DNA of 64,000 bases from Nitrosopumilus sp. (GTDB lineage: Archaea > Thermoproteota > Nitrososphaeria > Nitrososphaerales > Nitrosopumilaceae): the NCBI GenBank assembly GCA_965207445.1, contig CBDBLX010000002.1, positions 480,001 through 544,000 of the forward strand, given 5' to 3'. The notes below the pieces were generated by a model. The model saw nothing but the letters and a program-made list of their open reading frames with translations, did not search any database and had not been told where the DNA came from. The position numbers and the translations under genes are program-made. This document shows, in pieces, positions 10,843-21,192 of this stretch. Position 1 is the first letter of the stretch. The number at the start of each line of letters is the position of its first letter.

Positions 10843-13032
10843 TTGTCTCTACCTCATGGACTGATCTTTTGTAATTCAACTGTGCAAAAAACAGATTTAT
10901 TGTCTAATTTGATGCTCACAAATGTGGACCGCAACTCTTCGTTTCTGTCACCGAGAACCATTGCAGTAATTGGTGCATCTGATAAAAAAGGTAGTGTGGG
11001 TGCTACAATCACATCAAACATACTAAATGGCTTTACAGGCAAGGTGTATCCTATCAGTCCTACCCGGAATACTGTATTTGGTAAAAAAGCATACAAGTCT
11101 GTTCTTGATATGCCCTCAAAGGCAGATTTAGCAGTAATTGTCATACGAAATACCCTTGTGGCATCTGTCTTAGAAGAGTGTGGCCAAAAAGGAATAAAGG
11201 CCGCTATCATAATTACTGCTGGCTTCAAAGAAGTCGATGAAAAGGGAGCTGCTATGGAAAATGAGATAAAAGAGATTGCTACTAAATATGATATACGTGT
11301 AATAGGACCCAATTGCCTTGGTGTCATGAATCTTGACTCAAAGGTTATGATGAACTCTACATTTCTCAAAGTGACACCAAAATCTGGCGAGATTGCACTC
11401 GTGTCTCAGTCTGGTGCTATATGCGCAGCACTTGTAGAAGATGCAAGCGCACAAGGGATTGGATTTTCTGCTGTGGTCAGTTTAGGAAACAAAGCTGCCA
11501 TGAGTGAGGTTGATGTTCTTAAAATTTTGGCAAAACACAAACAGACCAAAGTTATAGTAATGTATCTTGAGGATATGGGTGATGGGCAGGACTTTTTACA
11601 GATCTGCCGTGATATTACAAAACGTCTCAAAAAGCCCATCCTTGTCTTAAAGTCAGGCCGTAGTCCTGAGGGCGCAAAGGCTGCAATGTCTCATACAGGT
11701 GCATTGATGGGTTCAGATGAGATATACGATGCACTGTTACAACAAAGTGGTGCTATCCGAGTTGACACTATGGAGGAACTGTTTGATTATGCCACTGCGT
11801 TCTCAAAGCAACCACTCCCAACAAAAGGCGACTTGGTTATAGTATCAAATGCAGGTGGTCCTGCTATAATATCTACTGATGCATGCTCAAAGTCAAACAT
11901 CGCAATGGCAGACATCTCAAGTGTACGCGCTAAAATTGACAAGGTTATACCACCATGGGGCAGCTCTCGAAACCCTGTTGATATTGTAGGTGATGCAGAT
12001 TATCAACGCTTTAGAGATGTGTTGGAATACGTGTTAAAACACCGCAATGTGGGATCTGTTATTACAATGTGTACCCCTTCTGGTACTCTGGATTATGATG
12101 GTCTGGCAAATGTTATTGTAGAGATGTCAAAAAAATACAAAAAGACAATGCTTGCAAGTTTGATGGGACTCGATGAGGGTACCACTAATCGTGATATACT
12201 TGCCACAGGTGATGTGCCATACTATACTTATGCTGAGGGAGCAATTAGAGCACTGAATGCAATGATTCGTTTTACCCAATGGACTACTACACCACATGAT
12301 GCACCAAAGACATTTCGTGTATCAAAGCCTACAGTACAACGTATCATTGATGAGGCTAGAAAGAGCGGACGTACTACACTGCTAGAAGATGAGGGCCGAG
12401 AGGTCTTGCGTGCATATGGACTACCATTACCAAAATCTGTCTTGGCAACTAGTGCAAAAGAGGCAGTAAATGCTGCATCAAAGATGGGATATCCTGTAGT
12501 AATGAAGATCTCTTCTCCTCAGATAATTCACAAATCTGATGCTGGTGGTGTTATGGTTGGATTAAAAAATGATGCAGAGGTGAGATCTGCATTTAACACA
12601 ATTACCTCTAATGCTCACAAATATGACCCAAAGGCCCAGATATATGGTGTACTAGTTGCAGAGATGGTGACAGGTGGCAAGGAGATGATTATAGGCTCAA
12701 AACTAGAGCCTGGATTCGGACCTGTTATTATGCTTGGACTAGGTGGGATATATGTGGAAGTACTAGGTGACGTCACGTTTAGACTTGCACCTGTAGGTTC
12801 TCATGAAGCAGAACAGATGCCACTTTTGTTGCGCACATCAAAGATACTTGAAGGTGTGCGCGGAGAAAAACCCTCTGATATTAATAAACTAGCTGAGTGC
12901 ATACAACGCCTGTCCCAACTGGTGACTGACTTTTCATCAGAGATAGCCGAGTTGGACATGAATCCAGTTTTGGTACTTGCAAGGGGCAAGGGATGTCGTG
13001 TTCTTGATGTGCGTATTGGGCTGATTACATGA
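10843..13032 (+). CDS. 4-hydroxybutyrate-CoA ligase (ADP-forming acyl-CoA synthetase family); probable start GTG at 10924
   Basis: IAVIGAS, GPNCLG, SQSGA, SHTGAL (phospho-His), HKSDAGGV and C-terminal ATP-grasp; directly upstream of hcd as in AOA. Confidence 0.85.
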   Translation: MSLPHGLIFCNSTVQKTDLLSNLMLTNVDRNSSFLSPRTIAVIGASDKKGSVGATITSNILNGFTGKVYPISPTRNTVFGKKAYKSVLDMPSKADLAVIVIRNTLVASVLEECGQKGIKAAIIITAGFKEVDEKGAAMENEIKEIATKYDIRVIGPNCLGVMNLDSKVMMNSTFLKVTPKSGEIALVSQSGAICAALVEDASAQGIGFSAVVSLGNKAAMSEVDVLKILAKHKQTKVIVMYLEDMGDGQDFLQICRDITKRLKKPILVLKSGRSPEGAKAAMSHTGALMGSDEIYDALLQQSGAIRVDTMEELFDYATAFSKQPLPTKGDLVIVSNAGGPAIISTDACSKSNIAMADISSVRAKIDKVIPPWGSSRNPVDIVGDADYQRFRDVLEYVLKHRNVGSVITMCTPSGTLDYDGLANVIVEMSKKYKKTMLASLMGLDEGTTNRDILATGDVPYYTYAEGAIRALNAMIRFTQWTTTPHDAPKTFRVSKPTVQRIIDEARKSGRTTLLEDEGREVLRAYGLPLPKSVLATSAKEAVNAASKMGYPVVMKISSPQIIHKSDAGGVMVGLKNDAEVRSAFNTITSNAHKYDPKAQIYGVLVAEMVTGGKEMIIGSKLEPGFGPVIMLGLGGIYVEVLGDVTFRLAPVGSHEAEQMPLLLRTSKILEGVRGEKPSDINKLAECIQRLSQLVTDFSSEIAELDMNPVLVLARGKGCRVLDVRIGLIT

Positions 13033-13048
13033 CTAGAATGTTTATACA

Positions 13049-14605
13049 GTGTTAAATTTATACAATGGTATGGCCTCAAACGTCCTCAAGACGATTAGGA
13101 CAGGTGATGAATACATTGAGAGTCTGCGTGGGCGCAACATCAAGGTGTATCTGTTCGGTGAATTGATCGATGAGCCTGTGGATCATCCAATGATTAGGCC
13201 TTCGATAAATGCTGTTGCTGAGACTTATGATTTGGCAGTAAGAGAAGAGGATCTAGCATCTACTGACTCTGCGATTACAGGTTTGCGAGTAAATCGCTTT
13301 TTACACATTGCCGAATCTGCTGAAGATTTGGTTTTACAAAACAAGATGCAGCGAAAACTAGGACAAAATACAGGAACATGTTTTCAGAGATGCGTTGGGA
13401 TGGACGCGTTAAATGCCTTACACTCTACCACATTTGAGATTGATGAAAAACATAATACCACTTACCATAGTCGATTCTTGGAATTTGTAAAGATGGTTCA
13501 GCGTGAGAATTTAGTTATTGGTGGTGCGATGACTGATCCAAAGGGTGATAGAAGTAAGGGACCTTCTGAGCAAGAGGACCCGGATCTCTTCACTAGAATA
13601 GTAGATAAAGATGAGCGCGGAGTATATGTATCTGGCGCAAAGGCTCATCAAACTGGGTGCATAAACTCACACTGGATAATATTGATGCCTACTATACGTT
13701 TGACTGAAAATGACAAGGATTGGGCCATAGTTGGCGCAATACCTGCAGATGCTGATGGAGTCACGTACATTTATGGTAGACAGTCTTGTGACACTAGAAG
13801 TATGGAAGGTGGTGAAGGCATTGATTCGGGTAATGCAAAGTTTGGTGGACAAGAGGCATTAATCATATTAGACCGAGTGTTCATACCTTGGGAGCGTGTG
13901 TTTATGTATGGTGAGTATGAGTTTGCATCCATGTTAGTGGAGAGATTCACATGTTATCATAGACGCAGTTATGTTTGCAAGACTGGGTTAGGTGACGTCT
14001 TGATCGGCGCCGCTGCTGCTATTGCAGAGTACAATGGTGTCCCAAAGGTGTCACATATCAAAGACAAACTTGTTGAGATGACTCATCTAAATGAGACTAT
14101 ATTTGCATCAGGTATCGCATCCTCATATCAGGGACATCGTATGAAGTCTGGTGTATTTCTCAATGAGGATATGTTGGCTCAAGTGTGCAAACATAATGTA
14201 ACTAGATATCCGTACGAGATTGGACGGTTAGCCCAAGATATAGCTGGAGGACTTGTGGTCACACTTCCATCTGAGCGCGACTTGAAACATCCAGATGTTG
14301 GACCAATGCTCTTAAAATACTTGGCAGGGCGCAAGGACATTGCAGTAGAAGATCGGGTGCGAATGCTTAGGTTGATAGAGAATATGACGCTTGGACGTAA
14401 TGCTGTAGGGTATCTGACTGAATCTATGCATGGCGCAGGTTCTCCTCAGGCACAACGTATACAGATACAACGCCAGATGCAGCTAGAGTACAAAAAGAAT
14501 CTTGCAAAGAACCTGGCAGGAATCCGCACCGATCCAGATCAAGAGTCAAAAGAACAATCTGATTATTTTAAGAGAATATTCAAGACCAACGACTCGCTTT
14601 TTTAA
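13049..14605 (+). CDS. hcd: 4-hydroxybutyryl-CoA dehydratase (3HP/4HB cycle); probable start ATG at 13070
   Basis: TGTCFQRCVGMD, GAMTDPKGDRS, YHRRSYVCK and ESMHGAGSPQAQ motifs. Confidence 0.95.
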   Translation: MLNLYNGMASNVLKTIRTGDEYIESLRGRNIKVYLFGELIDEPVDHPMIRPSINAVAETYDLAVREEDLASTDSAITGLRVNRFLHIAESAEDLVLQNKMQRKLGQNTGTCFQRCVGMDALNALHSTTFEIDEKHNTTYHSRFLEFVKMVQRENLVIGGAMTDPKGDRSKGPSEQEDPDLFTRIVDKDERGVYVSGAKAHQTGCINSHWIILMPTIRLTENDKDWAIVGAIPADADGVTYIYGRQSCDTRSMEGGEGIDSGNAKFGGQEALIILDRVFIPWERVFMYGEYEFASMLVERFTCYHRRSYVCKTGLGDVLIGAAAAIAEYNGVPKVSHIKDKLVEMTHLNETIFASGIASSYQGHRMKSGVFLNEDMLAQVCKHNVTRYPYEIGRLAQDIAGGLVVTLPSERDLKHPDVGPMLLKYLAGRKDIAVEDRVRMLRLIENMTLGRNAVGYLTESMHGAGSPQAQRIQIQRQMQLEYKKNLAKNLAGIRTDPDQESKEQSDYFKRIFKTNDSLF

Positions 14606-14697
14606 ACCATATTTTTAAATTATATTTTTTACTTTTCCTACCTTTATGCTTCTTCGTTGTAATGGCAGTTGGTGTATTGACTATGGGGTATTTTCAA

Positions 14698-14800
14698 TAT
14701 GTTGTAAATGACGTATACTGTAAATGACTATGTTGTAAATGACTATGTTGTAAATGACTATGTTGTAAATGACTATGTTGTAAATGATGTATACTGTAAA
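14698..14800. repeat. Intergenic 15-bp tandem repeat (tatgttgtaaatgac), about 6-7 copies with variants
   Basis: Directly visible between the convergent hcd and signal peptidase genes. Confidence 0.9.
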
Positions 14801-14813
14801 ATAATGTTTATAA

Positions 14814-15653
14814 TCATTTACTATGTGAGTGTTTTTCATCTTTGTTTTTTGATTTATCGTCTTGCTCTGATGACGCATGGTTGTCTTTTACCTCTTTTTG
14901 CTCTGTTGAACTTGTATCTGTCTTGTGATCTTTTTGTTTGTTTATTGATGGTAATGAATCCGTAAGATATTCTAAATCATCGGTGTGTTTGTTATTTTTA
15001 TCTGAACTATCTTGTAATGTGTGCTTTGAATCTTTTGATTGTCTGTTGATATTATGGTCGTCTGGTTTGTCCAATGTCATATCTTTTATGTCGTTTTCTT
15101 GTGTGTCATCTTGCAATGTATCTGAAAACGTGACGTCGTTTTTTGATCTTGCTTTACTTAGAAAATGTTTTGATATCATTACTCCTATTATGATTGCAAT
15201 TATGATATAATTGACAGGTGGTTTTAGAGCTTGTGTCACATATCCTACTTGTGGAATTACAGTGACTACCTTGCCAATGTATTCGTTACTCGTTATAGGA
15301 AAGTCTGTTCCTGGAATTGATGCTCTATTTGCATCTCCTTTTGTTCGTATAGTTAGTGGGTCTTGATCTATTATGCTGACAATCCTGTGCACAATCACCC
15401 TATTGTGATCCGATGGTCTATCAAATACTATAACGTCACCTATTACAAGATCCTCAAATGGTATGTTTCCTTGCACTACCAAAATGTCATACACTTCTAG
15501 TTCTGGTACCATACTTCCACTTGCAACTACGTAAAAAGGATTTGTCATTCCAAATACAATGTACAATCCTACCCAGATTGCTAGTATTCCGATTGCAATT
15601 ATTGCAATGTCTCGTATAATATTTTTTGATATAGATTTTGATGATGTTGTCAA
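14814..15653 (-). CDS. Signal peptidase I (archaeal/Sec11 type) with low-complexity C-terminal tail
   Basis: VVASGSMVP, GDVIVF, IVHRIV and TKGDAN motifs. Confidence 0.9.
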   Translation of the reverse strand: MTTSSKSISKNIIRDIAIIAIGILAIWVGLYIVFGMTNPFYVVASGSMVPELEVYDILVVQGNIPFEDLVIGDVIVFDRPSDHNRVIVHRIVSIIDQDPLTIRTKGDANRASIPGTDFPITSNEYIGKVVTVIPQVGYVTQALKPPVNYIIIAIIIGVMISKHFLSKARSKNDVTFSDTLQDDTQENDIKDMTLDKPDDHNINRQSKDSKHTLQDSSDKNNKHTDDLEYLTDSLPSINKQKDHKTDTSSTEQKEVKDNHASSEQDDKSKNKDEKHSHSK

Positions 15654-15689
15654 TTAACTATCTATCTAGATATGTACTACTAATATCAA

Positions 15690-16586
15690 TCATTGCAATT
15701 TAGCGCCACATTCTTCACAAAACTTTGAGTCGTTTTTGTTTATAAATCCGCATTTTTTACACTTGCCTGGCTCATCTTGTGGTGTTTTAACATCTGTTGC
15801 AACAGCACTAGTTGTTTGTTTGTCAGGTTCGCCAAGCAAGACAATTTCACCTACCTTTTTGACTTTACTCCATGGTATGATTGACTCTGTACCGTCATTT
15901 TGTGTAACTACAAGAACCATGGCATTTGCAGCATCCACTCCAACCTGCTTTACTGTTCCGATCTTTACTGCATTTTCATCATATACTATTCTTCCATTGA
16001 TTGTGCTTATCGGCGTGCTTGCTGACTCTGTTGTTGTGTGTTGTGTTTCTACTGGTTGTTGTAGTGATGGCGATTGCTGAACCTCTTCTGTTGGTTGAGT
16101 CTGTTGAGGTATTGACGTTTCAGTTGATTGCTGAACCTCTTCTGTTGGTTGAGTCTGTTGAGGTATTGACGTTTCAGTTGATTGCTGAACCTCTTCTGTT
16201 GGTTGTGGTGTAGATGGCGTGTTTGTGTCTACATTTGAGACTGCAGTTGTATCTATTGTCGGCTCTTCCTCTTTTTTAAATTCTCTATATTCTGCAATAG
16301 TATTACTACACGTCTTACAAACATATCTGCCCTTTTCCATCAGTATCAATCCTGGCGCGACTTCTTCATCAGGATTTTCATATTGTATGTTTGGTGCTCC
16401 TTCGTGTTCCTCATTACACATATTACAAAAATATTTTGATATCTTTTCAGTATCCATCCTACATAGTGGTGCTAAAAACAGATCTGGTCCTCCTATACTT
16501 GCTTTTGACTGTTGCTCATCAGTCAAAGTAGCAATAACGTAACCTCCTGAACCTCTTAATTTCTTTATTCTAAGATCTGTACTCAT
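15690..16586 (-). CDS. Zinc-ribbon / PRC-barrel domain protein with Q/T/P-rich repeat linker
   Basis: CxxC pairs at both termini, PRC-like VYDENAVKIGTVKQVG segment, internal 54-bp repeat. Confidence 0.8.
   Translation of the reverse strand: MSTDLRIKKLRGSGGYVIATLTDEQQSKASIGGPDLFLAPLCRMDTEKISKYFCNMCNEEHEGAPNIQYENPDEEVAPGLILMEKGRYVCKTCSNTIAEYREFKKEEEPTIDTTAVSNVDTNTPSTPQPTEEVQQSTETSIPQQTQPTEEVQQSTETSIPQQTQPTEEVQQSPSLQQPVETQHTTTESASTPISTINGRIVYDENAVKIGTVKQVGVDAANAMVLVVTQNDGTESIIPWSKVKKVGEIVLLGEPDKQTTSAVATDVKTPQDEPGKCKKCGFINKNDSKFCEECGAKLQ
16072..16205. repeat. 54-bp intragenic tandem repeat (about 2.5 copies; QPTEEVQQSTETSIPQQT)
   Basis: Visible in both DNA and translation. Confidence 0.85.
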
Positions 16587-16999
16587 ACTTGAATATTATC
16601 TGTGTGTGGATTTAAGTATATGCGCAACCAAGATTTTTTGCGTTAATAGTCGGTAACTGGAATGTCATTGTCATTTACACGATAATAATGTGGTCTGTTA
16701 ATATTAACGTGATTGTATGGACTGCTCTAGACATGTTTCAATCCACAGGTATTGTAGATTCTTGTGTCAGAAACAGACCATCCGAACAAGATTGCGTATA
16801 ACTATTCAGTTTGTATCTTTTTGTAAGACATTCTGAATTATTACCTTGTTTGCCTATCTACAATTAACGCAAAAGTACCTCTTCAACACTACTCAAATTT
16901 GAGCACGAATTTGTATCTAATTTAGTACATTACACACACTCGTTCTCAAAAAACATAACCTTCTCAAGGTTTTTAGGTAACTGCGTTTTTTATCGTGTT

Positions 17000-17326
17000 A
17001 TGGGTACTATATCGGTAAAAGATGAAACTTCTTGGGATACTGAAGTAAACCAGTCTGAGATTCCTGTACTGGTGGACTTTTGGGCTCAATGGTGTGGTCC
17101 GTGTAATATAGTAAGTCCTGTAATAGAAGAGCTTTCAGAAGAGTATACTGGCAAAGTCAAATTTGTAAAGGTCAATATTGATGATGCAAGCATGCTGGCA
17201 TCAAAGCATCAAGTATATCAAATACCGACATTCCTTTTGGTAAAAAATGGTGAGGTTATTGCTCAACAGTCAGGCGCGTTATCCAAAGAATCCTACAAAA
17301 AACTCATCGACAAAGCTTTTGCCTAA
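17000..17326 (+). CDS. trxA: Thioredoxin
   Basis: VLVDFWAQWCGPC active site. Confidence 0.95.
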   Translation: MGTISVKDETSWDTEVNQSEIPVLVDFWAQWCGPCNIVSPVIEELSEEYTGKVKFVKVNIDDASMLASKHQVYQIPTFLLVKNGEVIAQQSGALSKESYKKLIDKAFA

Positions 17327-17472
17327 TCTGTTTATTATCATCTGTTTTTTACATCCGTGACTGTTGTTATTACTATATATTTATAAGCTCATATAATAAT
17401 ATTTTAATTCTTATTGTCAGTTCTATTTTTTGAATCCTAAAGTAATTAATACCGTTAAAACAAAGTTCGGTT

Positions 17473-18030
17473 ATGTCCTTTGGTGAAGTAGATACACTTA
17501 ACATGCTTTTTGATAAACTTAGTAGTCTTTTTGATGAATCACAAGGATACTATGAATCATTTCTTGATACCAACAATATGTACAAACAAGGACAATTATC
17601 TGACAAGGAATTTTTTCAAAAATTAGGTGATTATGTAGTTGCATATTCTGCACTCGAATTTCTGGCTATCAAGGTATTGTTTGAGGTCAAAAAATCTTTG
17701 AATACTGGTTCTGGTGCAACCGCATCACCGGGACTGATGCCTGGTATGATGTCACCGCAAGCTGGTGGGATGATGGGGATGCCACAAACTCCTCAAAGAA
17801 TGGGAACTGCTCAGAACCCTGTAGGTGGTCCTCCTGGAATAGTGTCTGCAAATGAGGCGTTTGGAAATGTTGGAACACTACCATCACCTGATCCTACGCT
17901 TATGCCACGCGGAAATCAACCTTCTTCTTCTTCTACTACTACAACACAAAATGCCGGTGTATGTCCCTCTTGTGGTGTTGCGCTGAGGCCAAATGCAAAG
18001 TTTTGTACTGGTTGCGGGAAAAAATTATAA
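17473..18030 (+). CDS. Zinc-ribbon domain protein
   Basis: C-terminal CPSCG..LRPNAKFCTGCG. Confidence 0.8.
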   Translation: MSFGEVDTLNMLFDKLSSLFDESQGYYESFLDTNNMYKQGQLSDKEFFQKLGDYVVAYSALEFLAIKVLFEVKKSLNTGSGATASPGLMPGMMSPQAGGMMGMPQTPQRMGTAQNPVGGPPGIVSANEAFGNVGTLPSPDPTLMPRGNQPSSSSTTTTQNAGVCPSCGVALRPNAKFCTGCGKKL

Positions 18031-18058
18031 TCACTTTTTAGAAATCATACAGCAGTGA

Positions 18059-18421
18059 TTAATCTAGTGTTATGCCACACTCTGGGCAGAATTTTGCAGT
18101 ATTTGATATGGCACTTCCGCACTCAAAACAGAATCTGTTTTTGTTATTGTCTTCTTGATGTGCGTTTCCATATGTAGCTGTACTGAGCACGGCACCTGAT
18201 GGCTCATACTTGTCATCATCTATCATAACGGGTGTAAAGTCTTGTTCTGTCATAAATGTCATCATTCGTGGAATCCCTTCGGATTTTTCACCTTTTGGGT
18301 CTGGTACTGTGTCCCCAAGCCAGAATGCAAATCTTGTAAGGGTTAACTCTGGAGTGGAAAATGCAAGTGTGTGCTTTGACATGTATTCTTGTGATGCTTT
18401 TTTCCCATCAAATACTTCCAT
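18059..18421 (-). CDS. Zinc-ribbon domain protein
   Basis: C-terminal FCFECG...AKFCPECG. Confidence 0.8.
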   Translation of the reverse strand: MEVFDGKKASQEYMSKHTLAFSTPELTLTRFAFWLGDTVPDPKGEKSEGIPRMMTFMTEQDFTPVMIDDDKYEPSGAVLSTATYGNAHQEDNNKNRFCFECGSAISNTAKFCPECGITLD

Positions 18422-18609
18422 ACTATTCTTTACATTCTGCTTTGTATAAGTTTTACATTGATTGGTGTGTACCTATAATGTAAAAAATACCAATCACCTG
18501 ATCTTTTAATCTATACACTTTTTGTATGTATTCGGCCCACAAAGAGAGCCGGCAGCCAATTACATGTAGCGTAACACAGAAACTACTCCCTTGAATATGA
18601 TTATAAAAA

Positions 18610-18681
18610 TGGACCGGGGGGGAATTGAACCCCCGACTTCCTCGTTGCGAACGAGGCATTATACCACTAAACCACCGGCCC
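18610..18681 (-). tRNA. tRNA-Ala (anticodon CGC)
   Basis: Reverse complement GGGCCGG...CCTCG-TT-CGC-AA-CGAGG...GGTTCAATTCC...CCGGTCCA folds into a cloverleaf. Confidence 0.95.
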
Positions 18682-18780
18682 TTTGATTGACTTCAATTGA
18701 TCCGTTTTTATTCATTTACAACTGCTTGTGTAATTGACATTGTTGACAAAACATAATAGCATCATACCGTTTGTCAAATC

Positions 18781-20217
18781 ATGACTGTCCACGATACTGT
18801 AATTGTAGGATCACATGTTGTACTTTCTTCCTCTCCACTTTCTACCCAATATGCGCCACCGTCACAAATGTCTGATCTTAACATTGTAATTGATGATGGT
18901 GTCATATCTGATATCACAAAAGATGTGCCATCTGCTGACACTGTCATAAATTGTAAGGACGGTTCCGTTTGTATTCCTGGACCAATAGACCCTCATGTTC
19001 ACTATGGTGTGTATTCACCTATTGATGTAGCGGCTAAAACAGAGTCTCATGCAGCAGCTATTGGCGGTGTTACAACTATGATGCGAATGCTTCGACTACC
19101 TGACAAATTTGAAAAATCCCTTCCCCGTCAGCTTGATGCAATGTCTACTAACCATTATATTGATTATTCCATACATGCATCTATCTTTACTAATGACCAG
19201 ATAAATGGTATGGAATTCTGTACACGACACAATGTCACATCATTCAAACTATACATGAATCTTGGAGGTGAGGTGGGACATGTGTTTATGGACATGCTAC
19301 CTGAATCTGACAATTTGTCCCCGACACATGTAGATGTAAATGATGATATTATACGTAACACTGTAAAGAAAGCTGCTCAGTTGGGTTGCCCTGTACTAGT
19401 CCATGCAGAGGATTATGAGATGTGTGGTTGTGGAATCAAAGATGCACAAAAAAATAATCTTGATGGATTGTCAGCATGGTCTGCAAGCAGGCCCCCTAAA
19501 TCTGAGGCAAAAGCTATACAAACTATATCTAAATTCGGCCGTGAATATGATTGTGTAATCTATTTTGTACATATTGGCTCTGCTACTGCACTACAACAAA
19601 TACAACAAGAACGAGAATTGGGAACTCGTATCTTTGTGGAAACTTGTCCCCACTATTTGCAGTTGACACATGAGGAGCAACAAGGGTATCTGGCCAAGGT
19701 TATGCCTCCAATCCGTGCATGCGCTGATCGTGATTCAGTATGGCAGTCTGTTATAGATGGCACCGTTGATACTATTGGAACTGATCATGTTGCAAATCAA
19801 CTAGGACTAAAACTAGGAGGCGATGACGTTTGGGACGCTTTGGCGGGGTTTCCTGGCATCGGGACGTTTGTCCCATTACTATTACATGAGGGTGTTAACT
19901 CTGGTAAAATTACACTACTTGATTTTTCACGAATTACAAGTTATAACACTGCGCGTATATTTGGACTTGCAAACAAGGGACAGATTGCAATAGGATGCGA
20001 TGCTGATATCACAATTTTAGATATTAAACTAGAGAAAAAAGTCACAACTGAGTTATTTGGTGGATTTTCTGATTATTCGGTGTATGAAGGAATGATGCTC
20101 AAAGGATGGCCCATTACCACAATGGTACGTGGGCAGGTTGTTTCTGATGATTTTGAGGTAGTTGGCACACTTGGACATGGTGATATAGTGCAACGTGATG
20201 CAAATTTGCTGTCTTGA
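18781..20217 (+). CDS. Dihydroorotase/allantoinase/dihydropyrimidinase-family amidohydrolase
   Basis: PGPIDPHVH, GGVTT, VHAED, ETCPHYL, GTDH motifs. Confidence 0.9.
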   Translation: MTVHDTVIVGSHVVLSSSPLSTQYAPPSQMSDLNIVIDDGVISDITKDVPSADTVINCKDGSVCIPGPIDPHVHYGVYSPIDVAAKTESHAAAIGGVTTMMRMLRLPDKFEKSLPRQLDAMSTNHYIDYSIHASIFTNDQINGMEFCTRHNVTSFKLYMNLGGEVGHVFMDMLPESDNLSPTHVDVNDDIIRNTVKKAAQLGCPVLVHAEDYEMCGCGIKDAQKNNLDGLSAWSASRPPKSEAKAIQTISKFGREYDCVIYFVHIGSATALQQIQQERELGTRIFVETCPHYLQLTHEEQQGYLAKVMPPIRACADRDSVWQSVIDGTVDTIGTDHVANQLGLKLGGDDVWDALAGFPGIGTFVPLLLHEGVNSGKITLLDFSRITSYNTARIFGLANKGQIAIGCDADITILDIKLEKKVTTELFGGFSDYSVYEGMMLKGWPITTMVRGQVVSDDFEVVGTLGHGDIVQRDANLLS

Positions 20218-20414
20218 TTTAATTTAATTAAATGATTTTATGCTGTATATGATGATTATATATTAAGACGACTAGATAATTATTTTTAGATGGATTCATG
20301 TTAAAGTGGTTTTTACTGTAGGTGATCTTTAAATGTATTATATGCATTTATTGTGAGACTTGCAATTTTTTTGTTATGTAGATTTGTTTAATATGTGAAT
20401 ATATCCTATTTGTG

Positions 20415-21191
20415 TTATATTTGAAAGTCAGGATCAGATTCATTCTCAGGATCTAGTGTTATATGTTTTCTATTCAGTACTATCTCTTTGAATTTACCGT
20501 GTTTTCCTGCTTTGTAGATTACATCCGGTTTTTTTGTAAATATGCCTGATTCTATTACACCCGGTATCTGTTTTATTACTCTGGTTATCTTTTTAGGATT
20601 TGTTATGGTTTCAAATACACAGTCCAAAATTATATTTTTGTTTTCTGTAAATATTGGGTATCCTGAATCTTGTATTCTTAAAATTGGTTTTCCTCCCATA
20701 CTAGAAATTTCTCTTTGTACTAGTTTTCTTGCTAGATGGTGGACTTCTACTGGGATTGATCTTGTAATGTGTTGTACGAACTTTGTAGAATCTGCCATTA
20801 CTATAATTTTTGACGCCATGTTAAACAATATGTTCTCACGCAAAAGTGCTCCGCCTCCACCCTTTATTACATACCCTTGTGAATCTATTTGATCTGCGCC
20901 GTCAAATACAATGTCTAATCTATCTATTTGATCTGCCTGTATGAGGGGCAACATATCCCCCACTTCATTTTCAATTATAAGTTTGATCTGTAGTGACGTT
21001 GGCACTCCAATAATATTTTGTTTATTGTTCTTTACTAGTAGTGCTATCTCCTTTGCAACTGCACTTGCAGCACGTCCGCTACCAAGACCAACTAGCACTC
21101 TATTTGCATTTGGATTGATATACTTTATGGCATCTTTTGCCATTGCTTTTATGGCCTTGTCATATTTTGTTGATGTTTTTGATTGTGCCAT
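20415..21191 (-). CDS. rpiA: Ribose-5-phosphate isomerase A (start placed at ATG 21191)
   Basis: VGLGSG, DGADQID and KGGGGALLRE motifs; this ATG sits just after the stop of the upstream gene's tail. Confidence 0.9.
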   Translation of the reverse strand: MAQSKTSTKYDKAIKAMAKDAIKYINPNANRVLVGLGSGRAASAVAKEIALLVKNNKQNIIGVPTSLQIKLIIENEVGDMLPLIQADQIDRLDIVFDGADQIDSQGYVIKGGGGALLRENILFNMASKIIVMADSTKFVQHITRSIPVEVHHLARKLVQREISSMGGKPILRIQDSGYPIFTENKNIILDCVFETITNPKKITRVIKQIPGVIESGIFTKKPDVIYKAGKHGKFKEIVLNRKHITLDPENESDPDFQI

Positions 21192-21192
21192 G

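Noticed and set aside
14681..14965. ORFs with IVIYN / VVNDY repeats
   Set aside because: Translations of the 15-bp intergenic repeat.
18453..18659. 68-aa ORF
   Set aside because: Overlaps tRNA-Ala and has no protein features.
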